Shown here in pieces: positions 1 through 15,504 of a stretch of 64,000 bases of DNA. The notes beneath the pieces were generated by a model. It saw nothing but the letters and a program-made list of their open reading frames with translations. It did no database searches and was not told where the DNA came from. A program made the position numbers and the translations under genes. Positions within the stretch are counted from its first letter, which is position 1; each line of letters begins with the position of its first letter. The DNA is from Coraliomargarita sp. (GTDB lineage Bacteria > Verrucomicrobiota > Verrucomicrobiia > Opitutales > Coraliomargaritaceae), in assembly GCA_965216325.1 (NCBI GenBank), contig OZ244160.1, forward strand, positions 2,432,001-2,496,000. Reading direction: 5' to 3'.

Positions 1-130
1 TGGGGACCATGGTCGGCTAGCGAGAATTTCGACTTGGGTAAAGCTGTATCGCAAGACTGAGTTGATACGGGGGGTGGTGGATCGGGCGGCGCATGCGTGC
101 TGCTGGACGGGAGTCCGGCGATCCCGGGCA

Positions 131-165
131 CAAAAAAAGCGCCCCTCGACTAGCTCGGGGCGCTT
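131..165 (-). terminator. Intrinsic terminator after pnp
   Basis: Minus strand AAGCGCCCCGAG-CTAGT-CGAGGGGCGCTT followed by a T-run, just after the pnp stop. Confidence 0.7.
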
Positions 166-191
166 GAAGAATTTGCTTTGGCTGCAACCGA

Positions 192-2363
<2,172 letters not shown>

Positions 2364-2475
2364 ACGTTTTTATGGTTTCTTTGTCATTCAACGGCAGTTC
2401 AGGGATCGGACCTTACTTATGCCGCCCGCAGCTCAAATCGGTTGAGCTGCTCCGGAAAGTGGTGGGGGGGGATTT

Positions 2476-2571
2476 CTTAATCTTACTCTTAATCCTAATC
2501 GTAATCTCTGCGCTGAGACGGAGTGGCTAGGGCTCTGTGGATTAAGATTAAGAGTAGGATTATGATTAAGA
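2476..2571. repeat. Inverted repeat made of 5+5 hexamers (CTTAAT-like / ATTAAG-like)
   Basis: cttaat cttact cttaat cctaat cgtaat ... attaag attaag agtagg attatg attaag; second copy at 31938-32026. Confidence 0.8.
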
Positions 2572-2581
2572 TTTTTAAAAC

Positions 2582-2617
2582 AAAATGCCGGACCCCGTAT
2601 TAAACAAGGTCCGGCAT
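2582..2617 (-). terminator. Intrinsic terminator after rpsO
   Basis: ATGCCGGACC...GGTCCGGCAT followed by TTT on the minus strand. Confidence 0.7.
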
Positions 2618-2632
2618 GTTTGGTTTCGAAAT

Positions 2633-2920
<288 letters not shown>

Positions 2921-2940
2921 TGTATTGATTTATGTGATCA

Positions 2941-3026
<86 letters not shown>

Positions 3027-3137
3027 AGGAGCGGGCCCTTCGCAGGACGCGCTCTAGCGCTTGAAGGGCGTGAACATGGCGTTTCGAGCACTTGGATCAA
3101 GCAAAAAGTGACGTTCTGTGAGGCTGGGATTTTGGGG

Positions 3138-3199
3138 GTAGCACAGGCATCTTGCCTGTGTGAATTGTCTGGTGGACTCAGGCGGGACGCCTGAGCTAC
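3138..3199. repeat. REP-like doublet (GTAGCACAGGC family)
   Basis: GTAGCACAGGCATCTTGCCTGTG ... CTCAGGCGGGACGCCTGAGCTAC; related copy at 32338-32425. Confidence 0.75.
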
Positions 3200-3296
3200 G
3201 AAAGTTTGGCCTGAAACCGCCTACGGTTGGACAGGCTCACGTCAAGAAAGACGGGACCCGCCGTCGCGCTTGGCTATGGCGGACAGGCCCCAAGCT

Positions 3297-6200
3297 CTAC
3301 AGCTCTACCAGTGTGGGGACATCGGTGAAGAGCAGCTTCAGTTCGATCTGTGCCTCTGGCAGATCGAGGATACATGCCAAGGCTTTGCGGTAGAGTTCGA
3401 GTTGGGATCGGTGGCGCTCGGTGGCGACTTCCAGTGTCGTGTTGCCTGCAATGCGGTCGGTTTTGAAGTCGATGATCTCTGCACGTTCGATGTGGCCGTC
3501 TGCTGCTGAGTGAAGCTGTACGCGGTCGAAGGTGCCGTTAATGAACTGGTCGCCGTCAACGACGCTGAAGTTTCGTTCACGCCAGACGACGGATGGTGCT
3601 GCTGGCTTAGTGAAGAGGTCCTCAATACTCTTAGAAAGGAAACACTTTGTTAGTGTGTTCTTGATTTCTGGTGCTGCGGGTGGCAACGACTTTTCGACAG
3701 GCTCACGTCGGGACGGAGCGTTGCCCTCCATTGTTAGCCATTCGATCTGCTCGAAGGCGGCGTGCACCGCGGAGCCGTATTCACTGGCCTGTTCATCTAG
3801 GTCGAAGAGCTTGCCTGCGTTGAGTTGACTGGATTTCTGGCCCGATGGGCGGGCAAGCGTCAGGCGCGGATGCGCGGGGGGGAAGTTGCTTGGTGCTTGT
3901 TGTTTGTCGTATGTTACAAGCGGTTGTTCAGGTTTCGAGAAGCTTTCGTAGAACTTCGAGTCGCCGGTGGACCAAAGCACTGGGTAGGTCTGCTGCTCGA
4001 AGAGGACCTGATCGTCTGCATCTTTGCCGAGGCGCTCCTTCAGGTAGTGAACGGTGCTGCCTTGGCTGGCGCGGCTGAGGTCGCTGATCATGTAGAGCCC
4101 GCGCTTGGCTCGGGTCATGGCAACGTAGAGAGTGCAGAGGTTGCCGAAGCCGTGCTGGCTTTCGCTCTGTGCGTGTAGCTTGCTCAGCTCGGGGTCGGCG
4201 AGCATCAGCTCCTTCTTGATGGGTTCAAGGATCCATTCGGCTTTGCCGGCAGCGTCGAGCAGTGCGTTGATCTGGCGGTCGCTGCGGACGGTTTTGTCTT
4301 CGTTGACCAAAATTACGACGTCATACTCCAAGCCTTTGGATTTGTGGATGGTTTCGATGATGACGGCATCACCGGGGGTGCATTCGCCGCTGGTGCTCTT
4401 TTTGAGAAAGTCGATGAGTGCGTCGCTGTCGCGGTTTTCCTCGCTGTCGAAGCTACGGGCTTTTTCGATGAGCCGTTCGAGGCGCTGGCGGTGGCGTTGA
4501 TCTTGACCGGGTAGGTGGCTGATTATTTGCTCGGCAGCCCAACGTACGGAGTGCTCGTGGCTTTCGTTGAGCAGTTTGCCGCGCAGTTCTTGGGCGGCCT
4601 GAACGAGAGAGGCTCCGTTGGTGGAGACGTCGATTAGGCGTAGGTGGCCTTCGGCGAGTTGATCGCCCGGGTGTGCGGCAAGGCGCAGCATGGAGAGCAG
4701 GGCGGCACCGGCAGCGTTGTCGGTCGCGGGCTGGACCGCAGAGCCCGTGTGGATTGGGAGTGAGCTGTTCTCGCGGAGGAAATCGGCGACCTCGTTGGCA
4801 TCGCTATTTTTGCGCACGAGCACACCGACGCTCATGCCGCGCTCGATGGGGTTGAGCTCGGTGAGGATGTTGAGAATGTGTTCGTTGCGGGTGGGGCTGT
4901 CGTCCTTTTGGGCTTCGATCCAGCAGGCGAAACCGCTCTGCTTTTCGTTGGGCTTGGCTGCTGAATGGACTTGCCAGGCTTGTTGCCAGCGTGCCGCGGC
5001 GTCGACTGAGAAGCATTCTTCGATCAACTGTGGATCGTCGAAGACTTCGTTGACTGCATCGAGGATTGCAGGGGCGGAGCGCCAAGAAACCGAGAGCGGG
5101 TGGCGCTCGATGTTGGAGTAGTGAGCTTGAATCTCGTGGAAGAGGCGGTCGTCACTATTGCGCCAGAGATAGAGGCACTGCTTGGTATCGCCGACGTAGA
5201 AAAGGGAGCGCTCGCCCGATGAATCTTGCAGAATTTCGTCGATCAGGTTCTGCACGACTTCCCATTGGGGGCGGCTGGTGTCTTGGAATTCGTCGAACAG
5301 CCAGTGGTCGTATTGACCATCCAAGCGGAAGTCCATCAACTCGCGCAACTCTGAGTCTGAATGTGTGCGCATCGGCGAGCCAGCGGAGTCGGGGGCCAGC
5401 AGGTGTGTGAGGTCGGCAAAAGCGAGGCGCCCGGGACGGCGCACGATGCGATCGTAGTTGTTGTGGTAGGCCTCGAGAATGCGGTGAACGCCTTGGGTGT
5501 TTTGCAAGGCGCGGTGCAGGTGGTGCCAGATGATCGCTCTTAGGCAGTCGGCCAGTGCCGTGCAGGCGGGCCCGCTGAGTTGAGCTTGGTTGTTTTTTCC
5601 ACGCCCACATTGAAGCACAGTGCTGCCGGCGAGAATTTCGTCGGCTTGGCTCAAGGCGCGGTTGAGCAAGGTGTTGGGCTTCTCCTCGCTGCCATACAGG
5701 CGCACTTTGTCGGCGGTGGTATTGAAGTCGGTCAGTTGGGATTTACTCAGGTCCGCGGGGAGAGCTGCGAGCAAATTGTCGGCGAGCAGATCCCAGTCTG
5801 GTGCGCCCGCGGTTTTCCAAGGACAGCCCGTGGGCCAAATTTGATCGGGTTGTCCCCAGCGCACTTTGTTGGGAGCTGCAAGGTAGAGTGCGTAGAGACT
5901 GTCGATGAATTTGGCGACGATTTGCTCGACGCTGCGTTGCTCCTGTCCGTAAGTGGCTTGCTTGAAGGCATGCCAGAACTCGCTGAGCTCGGCGTTGAGT
6001 TCGCCGGGGTGGTGCACGATGCGGTCGCGCACTTCGTTGCGCACGCGAGGCTCGCTGCTTTCATCGAGCAGGTTGAGGTTGCCGGACAGGCCTAGCTCGA
6101 GCGCAAAGGAAGAGACGACGCGAAAGAAGAAGCTGTCCAGCGTCTGCAGGTTGAGCTGGTGCATACGTCCAATGAGCAGGGCGAGCAGGTCGCGGTAGCG

Positions 6201-6449
6201 GGCAGAGTCAGCCTCAATCGATAGCGTAGTCGATAGGTCGGCGGCCGTGTCGGCATCGCTGGCGGCGGCACAGAGCTTCTCGATGATCTTGTGGAAGAAC
6301 TCGCCCGCAGCAGTGCGCGTGAAGGTCAGGGCAATGATACGCTCAGGTTGCTCGGTCAGGTGGAGCAGGTAGATGAAGCGATTGGTGAGCTGATAGGTCT
6401 TCCCCGAGCCAGCGGAGGCGGAAATCGCGATGTGTTGGAGAGCGTTCAA
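3297..6449 (-). CDS. addA: AddA/RecB-like UvrD helicase with C-terminal PD-(D/E)XK nuclease
   Basis: ASAGSGKT, ALTFTRTAA, DEFQDTS, VGDTKQ, TIHKSKGLEY, LYVAMTRAK; C-terminal GTFDRV...IIDFKTD...QLELY. Confidence 0.85.
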   Translation of the reverse strand: MNALQHIAISASAGSGKTYQLTNRFIYLLHLTEQPERIIALTFTRTAAGEFFHKIIEKLCAAASDADTAADLSTTLSIEADSARYRDLLALLIGRMHQLNLQTLDSFFFRVVSSFALELGLSGNLNLLDESSEPRVRNEVRDRIVHHPGELNAELSEFWHAFKQATYGQEQRSVEQIVAKFIDSLYALYLAAPNKVRWGQPDQIWPTGCPWKTAGAPDWDLLADNLLAALPADLSKSQLTDFNTTADKVRLYGSEEKPNTLLNRALSQADEILAGSTVLQCGRGKNNQAQLSGPACTALADCLRAIIWHHLHRALQNTQGVHRILEAYHNNYDRIVRRPGRLAFADLTHLLAPDSAGSPMRTHSDSELRELMDFRLDGQYDHWLFDEFQDTSRPQWEVVQNLIDEILQDSSGERSLFYVGDTKQCLYLWRNSDDRLFHEIQAHYSNIERHPLSVSWRSAPAILDAVNEVFDDPQLIEECFSVDAAARWQQAWQVHSAAKPNEKQSGFACWIEAQKDDSPTRNEHILNILTELNPIERGMSVGVLVRKNSDANEVADFLRENSSLPIHTGSAVQPATDNAAGAALLSMLRLAAHPGDQLAEGHLRLIDVSTNGASLVQAAQELRGKLLNESHEHSVRWAAEQIISHLPGQDQRHRQRLERLIEKARSFDSEENRDSDALIDFLKKSTSGECTPGDAVIIETIHKSKGLEYDVVILVNEDKTVRSDRQINALLDAAGKAEWILEPIKKELMLADPELSKLHAQSESQHGFGNLCTLYVAMTRAKRGLYMISDLSRASQGSTVHYLKERLGKDADDQVLFEQQTYPVLWSTGDSKFYESFSKPEQPLVTYDKQQAPSNFPPAHPRLTLARPSGQKSSQLNAGKLFDLDEQASEYGSAVHAAFEQIEWLTMEGNAPSRREPVEKSLPPAAPEIKNTLTKCFLSKSIEDLFTKPAAPSVVWRERNFSVVDGDQFINGTFDRVQLHSAADGHIERAEIIDFKTDRIAGNTTLEVATERHRSQLELYRKALACILDLPEAQIELKLLFTDVPTLVEL

Positions 6450-6523
6450 TACAGTATGTTCTTATCGAAGCATTACGTGACAAATGTGTTCTTTATTCAA
6501 GGCACGGTTTGTTGTGCGGACAC

Positions 6524-6556
6524 AAAAAATGCACCCGCCGTATGGCCGGGTGCATT
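6524..6556 (-). terminator. Terminator after trxA
   Basis: AATGCACCCG...CGGGTGCATT followed by a T-run on the minus strand. Confidence 0.65.
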
Positions 6557-6578
6557 GAAAAGTTAAGCGGCTGGCTGC

Positions 6579-6896
6579 TTACGCGAGTTTCGCCTTGAGG
6601 TCGTCCTTAGATGCAAGACCAACGATGGTGTCCGCAACGGCGCCATCCTTGAAGACGAGGATGGTCGGGATTGCACGGATTTCGAACTTACCAGCGATTT
6701 CGCTGTTGTTGTCGACGTTGACCTTGCAGATCTTTACGCTGTCACCCATCTCAGAGGCAAGCTCTTCGAGGATCGGAGCGATCGCTTTACATGGGCCACA
6801 CCATGGTGCCCAGAAGTCGACAACGACGGGAACTGTAGTGTCGCTGATGACGGATTCAAAGTTGCTGCTATCGAGATCGGTGATGAGATCAGACAT
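6579..6896 (-). CDS. trxA: Thioredoxin
   Basis: VDFWAPWCGPCK, IRAIPT. Confidence 0.98.
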   Translation of the reverse strand: MSDLITDLDSSNFESVISDTTVPVVVDFWAPWCGPCKAIAPILEELASEMGDSVKICKVNVDNNSEIAGKFEIRAIPTILVFKDGAVADTIVGLASKDDLKAKLA

Positions 6897-6919
6897 TTTA
6901 TGGATGGTTTGGATGGTTG

Positions 6920-7570
6920 TTATAGAAAATCTTTGATATCTAAGTAGATGAGTGCCGCGAAGGCGATGGCTGCTGCGGCAGCTAAGGCATCGACGACGAG
7001 GCCTGGAATGCCCACTTTCTTCTCGCTTGGGGCCGGAGCTGGAACTGGAGCGGGTGCTGGAGTTGGCTTGGCTGCGGTTGCGGCTGGACGAACTGCGGCC
7101 GGAGTCACCGGTTGGGTTGCGGCTGGAAACGCTGGTGTCGTCGCAGGTTTGGCTGTCGGGGCAGCCGGAGATGCTGGTTTTGTAACTGGCCTTACAGGTG
7201 CTGCAGGCTGCGCAACTGGCTTGGATGGCGCGGCTGGACTTGCTGGAGCCGCTGGTTTAGCGACTGGTGTGGCTGGAGTTGCCGGTGTCTGTGGCGCTGC
7301 GGGCTTAGCGGGTGAGGCAGGAGCCGCAGGGGTTGTAGGACGCGCTGTAGGAGTCGCAGGGCGAGCCGTTGCGGGCTTCACAGGCATCGTGCGTGGACGT
7401 GCAACTGGAGTTGGCTCGTCCGGCTTAATACGTGCGTGCTTCTCCTTCTTTAAAATCTTTTCAGCTTCGGCTTTGGCTTCGGCAGCTTCTTCTGGAGTTG
7501 GAATGTTTGCTTGTTCTGGAGAGACTTCGTCACTGCCTTCCAGAAAGGGGTTCTTGGGGTCTTCGCTCAT
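6920..7570 (-). CDS. Pro/Ala/Thr-rich low-complexity protein with C-terminal transmembrane helix
   Basis: PAAP/PATP repeats, hydrophobic tail LVVDALAAAAAIAFAALIYL; fits the gene run between 7628 and trxA. Confidence 0.7.
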   Translation of the reverse strand: MSEDPKNPFLEGSDEVSPEQANIPTPEEAAEAKAEAEKILKKEKHARIKPDEPTPVARPRTMPVKPATARPATPTARPTTPAAPASPAKPAAPQTPATPATPVAKPAAPASPAAPSKPVAQPAAPVRPVTKPASPAAPTAKPATTPAFPAATQPVTPAAVRPAATAAKPTPAPAPVPAPAPSEKKVGIPGLVVDALAAAAAIAFAALIYLDIKDFL

Positions 7571-7627
7571 GAGGTGTGTAAACTAGAATGGTGTGTGTGC
7601 CTGTCAAGTGCCTGTCGGGCGGTTTGC

Positions 7628-7870
7628 CTAGGATGGGGTGCTTTCACTGATGATGTCAGTGAGTTCTTTCTTTTCGACGTTATCGAGGGTCTTGCCGCGC
7701 CGGTCGAGGGTTTCAAATGTTTTGACTAAGGTTTCGGTCATGCGGCCGTGTGTCTCGTCTGAGCCGCCAACAATCGCAAAGCGTTCGGCGCGGGTGACCC
7801 GCTTATGGCCGTCCTTATTGTCGAGGCCAATGCCGAATAGGTGGGCTTGCTTGTTGCTGGGATTGCTCAT
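7628..7870 (-). CDS. Small hypothetical protein
   Basis: 80-aa ORF co-oriented between scpA and the Pro-rich gene; natural-looking composition. Confidence 0.7.
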   Translation of the reverse strand: MSNPSNKQAHLFGIGLDNKDGHKRVTRAERFAIVGGSDETHGRMTETLVKTFETLDRRGKTLDNVEKKELTDIISESTPS

Positions 7871-7903
7871 GGAAATTGTTCGTTAGATGCAAAGACCTTG
7901 GAT

Positions 7904-8653
7904 TTATTCCTCAGTTCCTTTGCAGCGAATGTCGGCAAACGCCTGATCCTGTTGAATCCTGATTTTGCCCAGACGGGTCAATTCCAAAACAGCGAGGAAG
8001 GTGGCCACGATGGTTGTCAGTGTCGTCGTGGACTCGAAGAGTTCTGAGAATAAGAAGCTCTTACGGTCTTTCACTTGCAGAAGAACGTGCTCCATGCGGT
8101 CGGCGACCGTAACCTGCTCGGCACTGATCTCGCCTTCGGTGATACGCTCGGCGAGGCGACGCAGCACTTGGTTGAAGGTGTTCCAAAGGTCGATTCGGTC
8201 GACAGGCTTGAGTGGGCGCTCGACTGCTTCCAGTGCTTCCTTGGGGCCGATTCGCGGAATGAGGTCGTTGGTGCTGAGGATCAGTTTCTCGATTTCGGAG
8301 GAAGCCTCTTTAAACTTCTTATACTCGAGCAGCTGTTGCACGAGCTCCCAGCGTGGGTCGATATCTTCTTCTTCAACGTCTTCGTTGGTGCCCTGATCCT
8401 TCTTGGGGAGCAGCATGCGGCTCTTGATATACATGAGCGTGGCGGCCATGACGAAGAACTCGCCGGCAATCTCGAGGTCGAGCTTCTCCATCGAACTGAG
8501 CGTTTCGATGTATTGCTTGGTGACCTTCTCGATGGGGATGTTGTAGATATCGACTTCGTTACGGCGAATCAAGTAGAGCAATAGGTCGAGCGGGCCCTCA
8601 AAGGCCGGAAGCCGGATGGCAAAGTCGTTGCTCGGAACCAGTGCTTCTTCCAT
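7904..8653 (-). CDS. scpA: Segregation and condensation protein A
   Basis: FEGPLDLLLYLI, AGEFFVMAATLMYIKSRMLLP, TFLAVLEL. Confidence 0.97.
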   Translation of the reverse strand: MEEALVPSNDFAIRLPAFEGPLDLLLYLIRRNEVDIYNIPIEKVTKQYIETLSSMEKLDLEIAGEFFVMAATLMYIKSRMLLPKKDQGTNEDVEEEDIDPRWELVQQLLEYKKFKEASSEIEKLILSTNDLIPRIGPKEALEAVERPLKPVDRIDLWNTFNQVLRRLAERITEGEISAEQVTVADRMEHVLLQVKDRKSFLFSELFESTTTLTTIVATFLAVLELTRLGKIRIQQDQAFADIRCKGTEE

Positions 8654-8662
8654 CGTGAACGC

Positions 8663-10834
8663 TTAGAGGGTAAAGGCGCGCAGGGCGATGTTGAACTCGA
8701 CGTCGCTCTCACGTTCGGCTTTGTCGCGGAAGGTGATTTCGTAAATGAGCTCCCATGTTCCGGTGAGTCGGGTGCGGAGCCCAACACTTGCGCTGAGAAT
8801 GTCGCCACCCTCCGCGTCGAAACGGCAGTCGGTGAGCAAAGTGTAGCGCTCGTTGAGGCGATAAATAAAGTCTACCCGATATTGGTCGATCTCCTTGTTG
8901 AGCATGTCGGTGGACAGGCCAATCTCCCAAATTTCACCACTTTGAATCGTGGTTCGTGTGCGCAATTCTTCCAGAGTCAGCGTCTCGGTGTGAAGACGGC
9001 TCGCCATGTCGAACTTTAGCCATGGAGCTGGTGTCAGAATGAATTCAATCCATGTGGCATTGAAGGTATCCTGTTCTTCGGTCGCATCGTCGAAGCGGGT
9101 GCCTTTTTCGAACAAGACATCCTGATAGAAGTTCAATGCCGCCAGTCTGCGTGAGCCGTAGCCATTGTTGCTGGATTTGGTTTGAAAGAGATTCTCCAGG
9201 CCAAGGCGAACGAAGTTCTGCTGCTCGATGGCGTCGGTGTTGCGCAGGTCGCTTAGGTCGAGCAGTGGGCGGTTTAGGTCGAAGGCGTCACGATCGATGG
9301 TTGCGATTTCGCCTTCGGAATCGGGGTCGGTGTAGTAGCGATAGCGAACGACCGGGCGTACGATGTGGCGGAGGCCGTCAATGTCCCAAGTGCGGTTGAA
9401 GGTCGGGTAGACGGCGTGCATGCGGGCTTCGAGATCGAAACCAAACTCGTAGATGTCGCGGGTGTAGGAGTCGCCGTCAAGTGTCGGAGGCGGGTTGTTA
9501 CCGGCGGTGATATTAAATTCCTGATTCTCGTAATGTGTCAGACGTGCGCCTGCGAGTGGTGTAAAGGTCAGCCAATCGGTAAAGGGGATCGGGCGTTCGA
9601 GTCGATAGCTGGCGTCGATGCGATCGGTTTCACTCTCGTCTCCAATTTCGCCGATTGTTGGCGATTCTTCCAAGTCGCTGTAGTCTTCGCTGAGGCGTGC
9701 ATAGCTAACCGAGCCACGATGGTAGGCTCCGGTGTTGAAAATCGGAATCGGTAGAATATCCAAGCTGACTTCAGGGAGGCGTTCTTGTGTGAATTCGAAG
9801 TCGTTGGGGTTGAAGCGTCCGAAGGCCGAAACGAAGTAATTGTCGCCGGCATAGACGCCTTCGACAAAATTATCCGGGCGACGGTTGTCTGAATAGATGT
9901 CGTCGCGGAAATCGCGGGTGACCTCGGAGTCAGACCAATAACTGGTTGAGGCCGTCAGTGTGATACGCTCACCAATGTGGTGTTTGTGACGCCATTCGAC
10001 GAAGCCACGGTCGGAGTCAATTTCGCGGCGGTAGACATCGACACCGAGGTCATCGCCATTGTCGTTGATGTAGCCTGTGTTTAGCGCTCCAGTAAGGCTT
10101 TGGTTCTCATCGTTGTAGCGATACTGAACGGTAGGGCCCGCGAGCACGCCGCGATCCGTGTAGAGATCCAGATTCATCCCTGCGCGCAGCCATGGCTGGA
10201 TGGGGAAGAGGGTCGTTGTTTGCAAGTAAGCGCCTAGTTCATCGTCATAACCTGCGTTCACCTCTACGAAATACGGTGGTTGATCGACGTGGTGGGTGTA
10301 TTTCGGCAGGTAGAAAACTGGATAGTTGCCGACGCGAAAAGTCGTCTGTTCCAGAGTTACGGTGTCGGCTTGGTTGTCGAAACTCGCGGTTTGTGCAGTC
10401 GCACTTAGGGTGTAGGGGCCTGGGTCGCCATAATAGAAGGTCGCGCCGTCGACTTCGGCATTGCCCTTGTCGCCGCCAGCGGAGACGCCTGAGACATAGA
10501 AGGGCCATTCGCCGGTGCGGAGTATATCTGCGGAGAAGATGTTGTTCTCCGTGTCATAACTCATTTGGTCGGCAATTAGACGGCGGCCTTCACGGTTGAT
10601 CTCCACATTGCCGACTGCATCCGCGAGTGCATACTCTTGGTAGTAGGCGATTTGATCTGCCTGAACACGCACACCTTTATAATCCAGACGTGCATCACCG
10701 CGAGCGACCAGACGTTGAGCGGCTTCGTCAAACTCGATGGGTTCAATCGAACTGAGTTCGGGCAGGGCAGCAGAGAGCGTCAGCGAGAGCTGAGCACTTG
10801 AAATAAGAAAAATAGACCGGGCGTAAGGAAGCAC
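8663..10834 (-). CDS. lptD: LPS-assembly outer-membrane protein LptD
   Basis: Signal-like N-terminus, jellyroll segment (ARGDARL, QADQIAY, AVGNVEI), QERLPEV, LRHIVRP, beta-barrel C-terminus. Confidence 0.85.
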   Translation of the reverse strand: MLPYARSIFLISSAQLSLTLSAALPELSSIEPIEFDEAAQRLVARGDARLDYKGVRVQADQIAYYQEYALADAVGNVEINREGRRLIADQMSYDTENNIFSADILRTGEWPFYVSGVSAGGDKGNAEVDGATFYYGDPGPYTLSATAQTASFDNQADTVTLEQTTFRVGNYPVFYLPKYTHHVDQPPYFVEVNAGYDDELGAYLQTTTLFPIQPWLRAGMNLDLYTDRGVLAGPTVQYRYNDENQSLTGALNTGYINDNGDDLGVDVYRREIDSDRGFVEWRHKHHIGERITLTASTSYWSDSEVTRDFRDDIYSDNRRPDNFVEGVYAGDNYFVSAFGRFNPNDFEFTQERLPEVSLDILPIPIFNTGAYHRGSVSYARLSEDYSDLEESPTIGEIGDESETDRIDASYRLERPIPFTDWLTFTPLAGARLTHYENQEFNITAGNNPPPTLDGDSYTRDIYEFGFDLEARMHAVYPTFNRTWDIDGLRHIVRPVVRYRYYTDPDSEGEIATIDRDAFDLNRPLLDLSDLRNTDAIEQQNFVRLGLENLFQTKSSNNGYGSRRLAALNFYQDVLFEKGTRFDDATEEQDTFNATWIEFILTPAPWLKFDMASRLHTETLTLEELRTRTTIQSGEIWEIGLSTDMLNKEIDQYRVDFIYRLNERYTLLTDCRFDAEGGDILSASVGLRTRLTGTWELIYEITFRDKAERESDVEFNIALRAFTL

Positions 10835-10986
10835 GGGGGGGGACTATGGGCAGCCGAATTTCGCTGGACAAGTTTTTTATCCCTGATCGGTGGCATTTGG
10901 AATTCTTCAGGCCTCTATGAGATTAATTTCTAGGCTAAGATGGTTAGAAACTTGCAAGCTTGTGCTCAGCCGTTTTGCTGGGGCGC

Positions 10987-13200
<2,214 letters not shown>

Positions 13201-13210
13201 GACTTATTTA

Positions 13211-13290
13211 TGGAGGGCAACGCTCTGTCGTTGCCATGACGTGTTGAAGGCTCTTGCTCTGTGGTGGAAATGACGGAGCATTTCCCTCCA
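13211..13290. repeat. REP-like inverted doublet (TGGAGGGCAACGCTC family)
   Basis: TGGAGGGCAACGCTCTGTCGTTGCC ... GGAAATGACGGAGCATTTCCCTCCA; copies at 21314-21383 and inside addA at 3681-3731. Confidence 0.8.
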
Positions 13291-13302
13291 CTTCATTAAT
13301 TG

Positions 13303-13335
13303 CAAAAAGACCTCCCTGGTTTAGGGAGGTCTTTT
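13303..13335. terminator. Bidirectional terminator between convergent glgB and nrfA
   Basis: AAAAAGACCTCCCT-GGTTT-AGGGAGGTCTTTT. Confidence 0.8.
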
Positions 13336-13357
13336 CGTTTAGATTGATCGGCAGCGT

Positions 13358-14800
<1,443 letters not shown>

Positions 14801-14818
14801 GATAGAGCCCGGGTTAGG

Positions 14819-15367
14819 TTATTTTGATAAAGCAGTTAAAGGTTCGTATTTGCCCATACCGACGCGCTCGCCGTGTCCGACGGTACGGTGGCAATGCACG
14901 CAGTTCATGTCGTCCGCGTCAGCCGTCGTGCCGGAGATCATCTCGTGCACGAAGTCTTCGTGGCAATCGATGCAGTTTTGCTGGAGGATCTTGGCGGCTT
15001 TATCGCGTATCGCGATGGGTTCAGGGAAGTCTTGAAAGGTAAAGCCCTTGGAGTGCAGGTAGCCGTTTTCCGCTTTGGCGATGTATTTGCCAATAAAGTC
15101 GTGCGGTAGGTGGCAATCGACACAGGTCGCCGCCGCGTGGTGGCTGGCTTTTTGCCAGGAGTCGAATTGTGGCTGCATGATGTGGCAATTCACGCAGGCT
15201 TGAGGGTCCTTGCTAAAGTAGGAGAGGCCTTCCCCGTATTGGAAGGTGTATGTGCCTAGCCCCAGAAGTGTGCCAGCTGCAATAGCCAACAGGAAGCCAG
15301 CCAAAGACATGCTTAGCCAACCTTTTTTTCGCTTCTGATGCCTCGTGATTTGAGGCTGTGTGTCCAT
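14819..15367 (-). CDS. nrfH: Tetraheme cytochrome c nitrite reductase small subunit
   Basis: N-terminal TM helix, [29 protein letters not shown]; directly upstream of nrfA. Confidence 0.95.
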   Translation of the reverse strand: MDTQPQITRHQKRKKGWLSMSLAGFLLAIAAGTLLGLGTYTFQYGEGLSYFSKDPQACVNCHIMQPQFDSWQKASHHAAATCVDCHLPHDFIGKYIAKAENGYLHSKGFTFQDFPEPIAIRDKAAKILQQNCIDCHEDFVHEMISGTTADADDMNCVHCHRTVGHGERVGMGKYEPLTALSK

Positions 15368-15504
15368 CGTTAGCAAACCATAGCTACGAATTGCATTTGG
15401 TCAACTATTATAAAAATACGAAATGGTATTTAATTGGCAGTGTGAGCTATCTGATCAGCTAGTGGAAGCTACGTTCGGTTGCGATGGCAGATCCTGCTCC
15501 GAGA

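Noticed and set aside
6948..7586. Gly/Ala-rich plus-strand ORF
   Set aside because: Mirror of the Pro/Ala-rich minus-strand gene, which fits operon orientation
15391..15404. FNR-like box TTGCA-TTTG-GTCAA upstream of nrfH
   Set aside because: Only 7/10 match, and equally explained as a -35 element (TTGACC) on the minus strand
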